64,000 nucleotides of DNA from an uncultured Acidobacteriaceae bacterium (GTDB taxonomy: Bacteria; Acidobacteriota; Terriglobia; Terriglobales; Acidobacteriaceae), in contig CAWCWC010000004.1 of the NCBI GenBank assembly GCA_963799175.1, forward strand, positions 192 to 64,191, given 5' to 3'. The notes beneath the pieces are model-generated. The model searched no databases, was not told the DNA's origin, and saw nothing but the letters and a program-made list of their open reading frames with translations. Below, one piece after another: positions 59,403-64,000 of the stretch (position 1 is its first letter; every line of letters begins with the position of its first letter). The position numbers and the translations under genes are program-made.

Positions 59403-60179
59403 ATGGCCGACCGCCTCTACCTCAGCCTCTGGTATCCCAACTTCCGCCTCGAAGCCCTTCCGGATGCATTGCTCGGCGTCATGCGCCAGTTCGCCCAGGT
59501 AGGTGCTAAACGTGTCTCCGCCGCCTCGGCGTATCCCATCAACTTCACGGAATCGCCCACCTACCAGCGCATCTACGTTCTGGACGACCGGGCCTCCCAG
59601 ATCGACCCGTTTGCACCCATCGATCCCACAGCCGAGTCCTCCGACTTACTGCTGGAAGCGGCTGTCGCCGAAGCCACGGAGCAACTGCACGACGACATGG
59701 CCTACGAGTTCGAGATGCGCTGGCAGCTGTGGACCCCGGAGGGCCAACAGCCCGCCTGCGGCCGTCTCGCCGTCGCCTCCGGCCGTGACGTTGACGAGGA
59801 CGACACAGACTCCTACGCTTCCTCCCTCGACCTCTCCGATTCATCCTGGCGGATGCGCTCCCATACCGTCCGCATCCTCGGCTTCGGTCCCAGCTTCGAC
59901 GTCGCTGGATATGAGCAGAATGGCCAACTCCTGGTCGACTTCGGCATCGACACCCCCTGGGTTCCGGACCATCCGTTGTCCAGCGACTCGCCGCAAAGCC
60001 CCGAAGAGGAGGCGCTCGACGAGACCGCGCAGATCCACATCCAGCAGAACGTGGAAAAGCTCCTTGCCTTTACTCTCCTGGTGGAGAAAAACTGCGGCAT
60101 CAGCAGCCGCCTCCTATGGACTGAATCCGGCAAACCTCTCGCCGAAAAACTCATCGCGCGCCTACAGCGCGTCCACTGA
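59403..60179 (+). CDS. hypothetical protein
   Basis: 258-aa ORF with typical GC3-rich codon use. No family recognised. Confidence 0.7.
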   Translation: MADRLYLSLWYPNFRLEALPDALLGVMRQFAQVGAKRVSAASAYPINFTESPTYQRIYVLDDRASQIDPFAPIDPTAESSDLLLEAAVAEATEQLHDDMAYEFEMRWQLWTPEGQQPACGRLAVASGRDVDEDDTDSYASSLDLSDSSWRMRSHTVRILGFGPSFDVAGYEQNGQLLVDFGIDTPWVPDHPLSSDSPQSPEEEALDETAQIHIQQNVEKLLAFTLLVEKNCGISSRLLWTESGKPLAEKLIARLQRVH

Positions 60180-60222
60180 TATTTTCACGGTTTGCCGCTG
60201 CTGTCGTGCTAACGTACGACCT

Positions 60223-60627
60223 ATGACAGATGGCTATCTCCGCCTCTATTCCGCCATTTTGCGATACGGGTCCTATTTCGCAGCCGCCTGGGGGGCCCTC
60301 TTTATCCGCAGATGGATCAAGCGCCACCGCGAACGCGTCGCACAAAGTTGGCCTATCGCCGAAGGCGTCATCCTGGGCGGTAGCGTATCGCGCATACGCA
60401 GGACATCGCACTTCCACGCCACCCTGAATTACACCTACTTCGTGCAGGAGTACCGCACCGGCAAGTATGTCCAGGAATTCTCCATGGAAGCCAATGCCGA
60501 CGAATTCGTCCGCCTGATGAAAGACAAGCGAGTCCGAATCCACTACAAGCAGTCCAACCCCGGCAAATCGCTCTTGGAGCAGAGCGTCGTCGAACAGATA
60601 CTTCTGCTCGCTCCACGCATCGGATGA
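60223..60627 (+). CDS. DUF3592-like membrane-anchored protein
   Basis: TM helix, then AQSWPIAEGVI...LNYTYFV...VRIHYKQSNPGKS. Confidence 0.6.
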   Translation: MTDGYLRLYSAILRYGSYFAAAWGALFIRRWIKRHRERVAQSWPIAEGVILGGSVSRIRRTSHFHATLNYTYFVQEYRTGKYVQEFSMEANADEFVRLMKDKRVRIHYKQSNPGKSLLEQSVVEQILLLAPRIG

Positions 60628-60675
60628 ACCGCCTTCGGCAGCGGCCTGCGGCCAAGGCAAGATACGATAGGAGGT

Positions 60676-62238
60676 ATGAATACAAAGCTGATCTTTGCGG
60701 ATGCGAACGGGTTTCAGACGCCCATGCTTGCGGTTTTTGCGGTGGACGTTGCGACAGGAAAGAATGTGGAACCCCGTCCCCTGCTGCTGACATCATCCAT
60801 CGATCTGGCCGATGCGGCAGCGCGCGCGCTGGGGCCGGGTGAGTTCAAGGCTGGGTTGGGTGAGACGGCGCTTATCTATGTGACCGATGGCTTGCACTCA
60901 GCCGGATTGCAAGCGGAACGGCTGCTGATCGTCGGGCTGGGTAAAGCGAAGGAATTCTCGCTCGACAAGCTGCGCAAAGGCGCTGGAACGGCGGTGCGTG
61001 CGGCCAAGTCGCGCTCAGTGCGCGAACTGGCAGTTGCTTTTCCTGAGTTAAATACTCAGGCGGACGGGCCGTTGCAGCAGCTTTCCGTCAAGCTTACGGC
61101 TCGTGCAATGGTGGAGGGTGCGGAGCTGGCCGAGTTGGAGTGGGATACCTATCGGAGTGACCGCAAAGACAATAATGTAAACAATTTACATCTAGTTACC
61201 ACAGTAAAAGATGCAGCTTTTGAACAGGAGGTGCGGGCAGGCTTCGCCGAGGGCCAGATTATTGCCGCCGCGCAGAACTTTACCCGGTCGCTGGTCAATG
61301 AGCCGGGCAACGTCCTCACCCCCACCGAGCTTGCTGCACGCGCACAGGCCATGTGCCGGGAGGCCGGCCTCGCCTGCGAGGTTTACTCTTCTCAGAAGAT
61401 TCAAGAATTGAAGATGGAGGCGTTCTGGGCGGTGGCTAAGGGGTCGGAGCAGCCACCAGCGCTGATCGTGATGACCTACCAGCCGTCGGGAGGCGTGACC
61501 GAGGGCGCGCCGGTGCTTGGTCTGGTCGGCAAGGGCATCACCTTCGACACCGGAGGAATCTCCATCAAGCCGGCCGACGGGATGGAGAAGATGAAGTACG
61601 ACATGGCGGGAGCGGCGGCCATGATCGGAGCCATGCATGCCATCGCGCGCCTCAAGCCCACGGTCAAGGTGGTCGCGGTGGTCTGCTCTGCCGAGAACAT
61701 GCCGGACGGGAGGGCCATGAAACCGGGCGATGTGGTGACGGCGATGTCTGGCACCACCATCGAGATTGTCAATACGGACGCGGAGGGCAGGCTGGTGCTT
61801 GCCGATGGGCTGCACTATGCCAAGACCCTGGGCTGCACCCACATGATCGACGCGGCCACGCTGACCGGCGCGTGCGTGGTGGCGCTGGGCGTGCTGAATG
61901 CCGGACTCTTCTCCAACGACGAGGAGAGCTGCGCGAGGTTCGAACAGGGCCTGGCGATCTCCGGCGAGGGCTTCTGGCGCCTTCCCTGCACCGACGACTA
62001 TCGCGAGCGCATCGCCAGCGAGATTGCCGACATCATGAACACAGGCAAGAATCGCTGGGGCGGAGCAATCTCAGCTGCCATGTTCCTAAAGGAGTTCGCC
62101 GGCGATACGCCCTGGGTTCATCTGGACATTGCGGGATGCGCGTGGAACGAGGAGAAGAAGCCCTGGATCGCGTATGGACCGTCAGGCATCTCCGTGCGCT
62201 CCATTGTGGAGTGGGTCAGAAGTTATTCCGCGCAATAA
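60676..62238 (+). CDS. pepA: leucyl aminopeptidase (M17)
   Basis: VGKGITFDTGG, MKYDMAGAA, NTDAEGRLVLAD, ATLTGA and WVHLDIAG. Confidence 0.96.
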   Translation: MNTKLIFADANGFQTPMLAVFAVDVATGKNVEPRPLLLTSSIDLADAAARALGPGEFKAGLGETALIYVTDGLHSAGLQAERLLIVGLGKAKEFSLDKLRKGAGTAVRAAKSRSVRELAVAFPELNTQADGPLQQLSVKLTARAMVEGAELAELEWDTYRSDRKDNNVNNLHLVTTVKDAAFEQEVRAGFAEGQIIAAAQNFTRSLVNEPGNVLTPTELAARAQAMCREAGLACEVYSSQKIQELKMEAFWAVAKGSEQPPALIVMTYQPSGGVTEGAPVLGLVGKGITFDTGGISIKPADGMEKMKYDMAGAAAMIGAMHAIARLKPTVKVVAVVCSAENMPDGRAMKPGDVVTAMSGTTIEIVNTDAEGRLVLADGLHYAKTLGCTHMIDAATLTGACVVALGVLNAGLFSNDEESCARFEQGLAISGEGFWRLPCTDDYRERIASEIADIMNTGKNRWGGAISAAMFLKEFAGDTPWVHLDIAGCAWNEEKKPWIAYGPSGISVRSIVEWVRSYSAQ

Positions 62239-62319
62239 CGGAATCTCCGCGCATATTTGTTCTAAAATATGTTACCGATAAGTGCCGGATCAACTTACCC
62301 ATAGAGGTTAAGAGGCGGC

Positions 62320-63834
62320 ATGACTATGATTTTACTGCTGGGATTATTTCAGGTCTTCGGCTATTCAAGTGGGACGGCATTGCTCAGGCTGCACCTCGCC
62401 TCGCAGTCGCTGATCGCGCTGGTCTTCATAACCATATCTATTGTGCTGCTGCGGATTGTGCGCTTGCGCCCGGGCTTTCGTTTCAATGGCATCCTCTTCT
62501 TCCTTGCCGCATCCATGATGGCCTGTGGGCTGACCTATGGCATGGAGCTGGTGGCCCATTGGCATCCGGCGCTCTGGGTAAGCGTCGCAATCGAAGCTGC
62601 CGCGGCGGCGGCCCTGGTTGCCGTCCTGGTGGTGCTGTTGCGCCTCGCACCGAACATTCTGGTGCTTCCCAACAAACTTGCCGACAGCCGCTTCCGCGAG
62701 TTGATCGAGGAGGCGCCTGACGCCATCCTGCAGGTGGATGAACGGGGGACCATCGTCATCGCAAACCGCACCGCCGAGCGCATGTTTGGATATACCCGAG
62801 AGGAATTGCTGGGCAGCAATGTCGACCGGCTTGTCCCCCATGTCAACCGGGCCGTGCATGCCGAACAGCGGGCGCGTTTTCTGAGCCATGGAGTCCCCCT
62901 TGCCATGGAAAAACGCGTGGGAGACCTTCATGCTCTACGCAAGGACGGCACTGAGTTCCCGGCCGAGATTGGCCTGAGCCCGGTGAAGACCGAAGCCGGC
63001 ATGTTTGTCACTGCGGTAGTCCGGGACGTCACGGACCGCAAGCGGTTGGAGCGCGAGTTGGAGCAGGAACGAGACCTGCGCGGGCAGCGCGTCGAGGTGC
63101 TGGCCCGCCTAGCCGCCGATCTGGCCCACGAAATCAAGAACCCACTGGCGATCGTTCACGCGCGCGCCAGCGACCTCTCCGAGCTGGCGGCCCACGCAGA
63201 GACGCTCCCTGCCCAGGTTGTAGCGCAGTCCTGCGACAGCATTGTCCGCACCACCGAGCGGGCCATCCGAGTGATTCGCGGCGTGCAGGCGCTGGCCCAC
63301 GAGGGCCACCACGATCCCATGCAGCGGGCCGACGTGCGCGGGCTGATCGATCAGGCGGTGGAGTTGCTGCGGTCGCGCTATGCCACGCATGGAATCGCGC
63401 TGGAAACAGTGGTTCCGGACGGACTCCCGATGGTGGAGTGCCGTGAGGTGCAGATCGAACAGGTCTTGGTCAATCTGCTGAACAATGCTTTCGACGCCAT
63501 CGACGGCGATCCGCGGAGCCAACCCTGGGTGCAGGTGCGCGTCTCCATGCAGCCGCCCTCGGAGCAGAACGGCAGTGTCCAGGCCGTACGCATCGATGTA
63601 CTCGATGGAGGCCCAGGCGTATCGCCGGAGAACCGCGCGCGCCTGATGGAGACCTTCTTCACCACCAAGCCCAGGGGCGCGGGAATTGGCATCGGCTTAA
63701 GCGTCTCGCGAACCATCACGGAAGACCACGGAGGCAGTTTGGAGCTGCTGGATTCAGACGGCCCAACCTGCTTCCGGCTAACCCTGCCTGTGCTGGCTGC
63801 TGGTCCAGCAGAAGGAGCGCCAGTTGAGGATTGA
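62320..63834 (+). CDS. membrane PAS sensor histidine kinase
   Basis: N-terminal TM helices, a PAS domain, LAHEIKNPL, QVLVNLLNNA, DGGPG, FFTTKP and GIGLS. Confidence 0.92.
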   Translation: MTMILLLGLFQVFGYSSGTALLRLHLASQSLIALVFITISIVLLRIVRLRPGFRFNGILFFLAASMMACGLTYGMELVAHWHPALWVSVAIEAAAAAALVAVLVVLLRLAPNILVLPNKLADSRFRELIEEAPDAILQVDERGTIVIANRTAERMFGYTREELLGSNVDRLVPHVNRAVHAEQRARFLSHGVPLAMEKRVGDLHALRKDGTEFPAEIGLSPVKTEAGMFVTAVVRDVTDRKRLERELEQERDLRGQRVEVLARLAADLAHEIKNPLAIVHARASDLSELAAHAETLPAQVVAQSCDSIVRTTERAIRVIRGVQALAHEGHHDPMQRADVRGLIDQAVELLRSRYATHGIALETVVPDGLPMVECREVQIEQVLVNLLNNAFDAIDGDPRSQPWVQVRVSMQPPSEQNGSVQAVRIDVLDGGPGVSPENRARLMETFFTTKPRGAGIGIGLSVSRTITEDHGGSLELLDSDGPTCFRLTLPVLAAGPAEGAPVED

Positions 63835-64000
63835 AGACGCCAGCATTCTCATTGTGGACGATGAGTTGGATTTGATCGAGATCTTCGCAGCCTGGCTGGC
63901 ACCGCCTCTGGATGCCGCGTCTTCACTGCCCCCAATGGAGCGGTGGCCTTGAAGGTGCTTCAGGCGCAGAAGGTGGACCTGCTGCTCTCCGACATTCACA
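63824..64000 (+). CDS. response regulator receiver domain, partial (apparent frameshift near 63900)
   Basis: TTG after GAAGGAG gives RIEDASILIVDDE..., then TAPNGAVALKVLQAQKVDLLLSDI in the shifted frame. Runs off the window. Confidence 0.75.

Noticed and set aside
62262-62281. Sigma-28 promoter before the PAS kinase
   Set aside because: ACCGATAA is present but TAAA is only 7 nt upstream, so the spacing is wrong.

Overview
GC-rich chromosomal backbone that is very probably from Acidobacteriota (Terriglobia/Acidobacteriaceae). This is inferred from a TIGR03435-type gene, the gene content and the style of the repeats. It carries housekeeping genes (pncB, udk, punA, an EF-G paralog, rpsA, purA, mutM, rpmF, plsX, tRNA-Leu(CAG), trpC/trpF, degP, metG, rph, accA, yicC, msbA-like, rapZ, hpf, rpoN, lptB, lptC/A-like, pepA) and a pilB-pilMNOP-pseudopilin cluster. 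It also has sigma-54/sigma-28 regulators, two PIN-domain two-gene modules and an AT-richer ABC-ATPase + TOPRIM-like cassette after rph. Many conserved genes are broken by single-base indels, increasingly towards 54-59 kb, which looks like long-read assembly error rather than true pseudogenes. The most striking signal is two families of short palindromic REP-like elements. They occur between genes, all in the same strand orientation, and are also inserted IN FRAME inside mutM (twice) and metG. In metG a composite 240-bp unit is tandemly repeated about 2.4 times and makes up most of a ~207-aa insert just after the KMSKS loop. Other highlights are a readable sigma54 -> fliA -> sigma28 promoter cascade with candidate enhancer sites, many apparently leaderless genes, and a poly-acidic protein next to a receiver protein with a basic tail.
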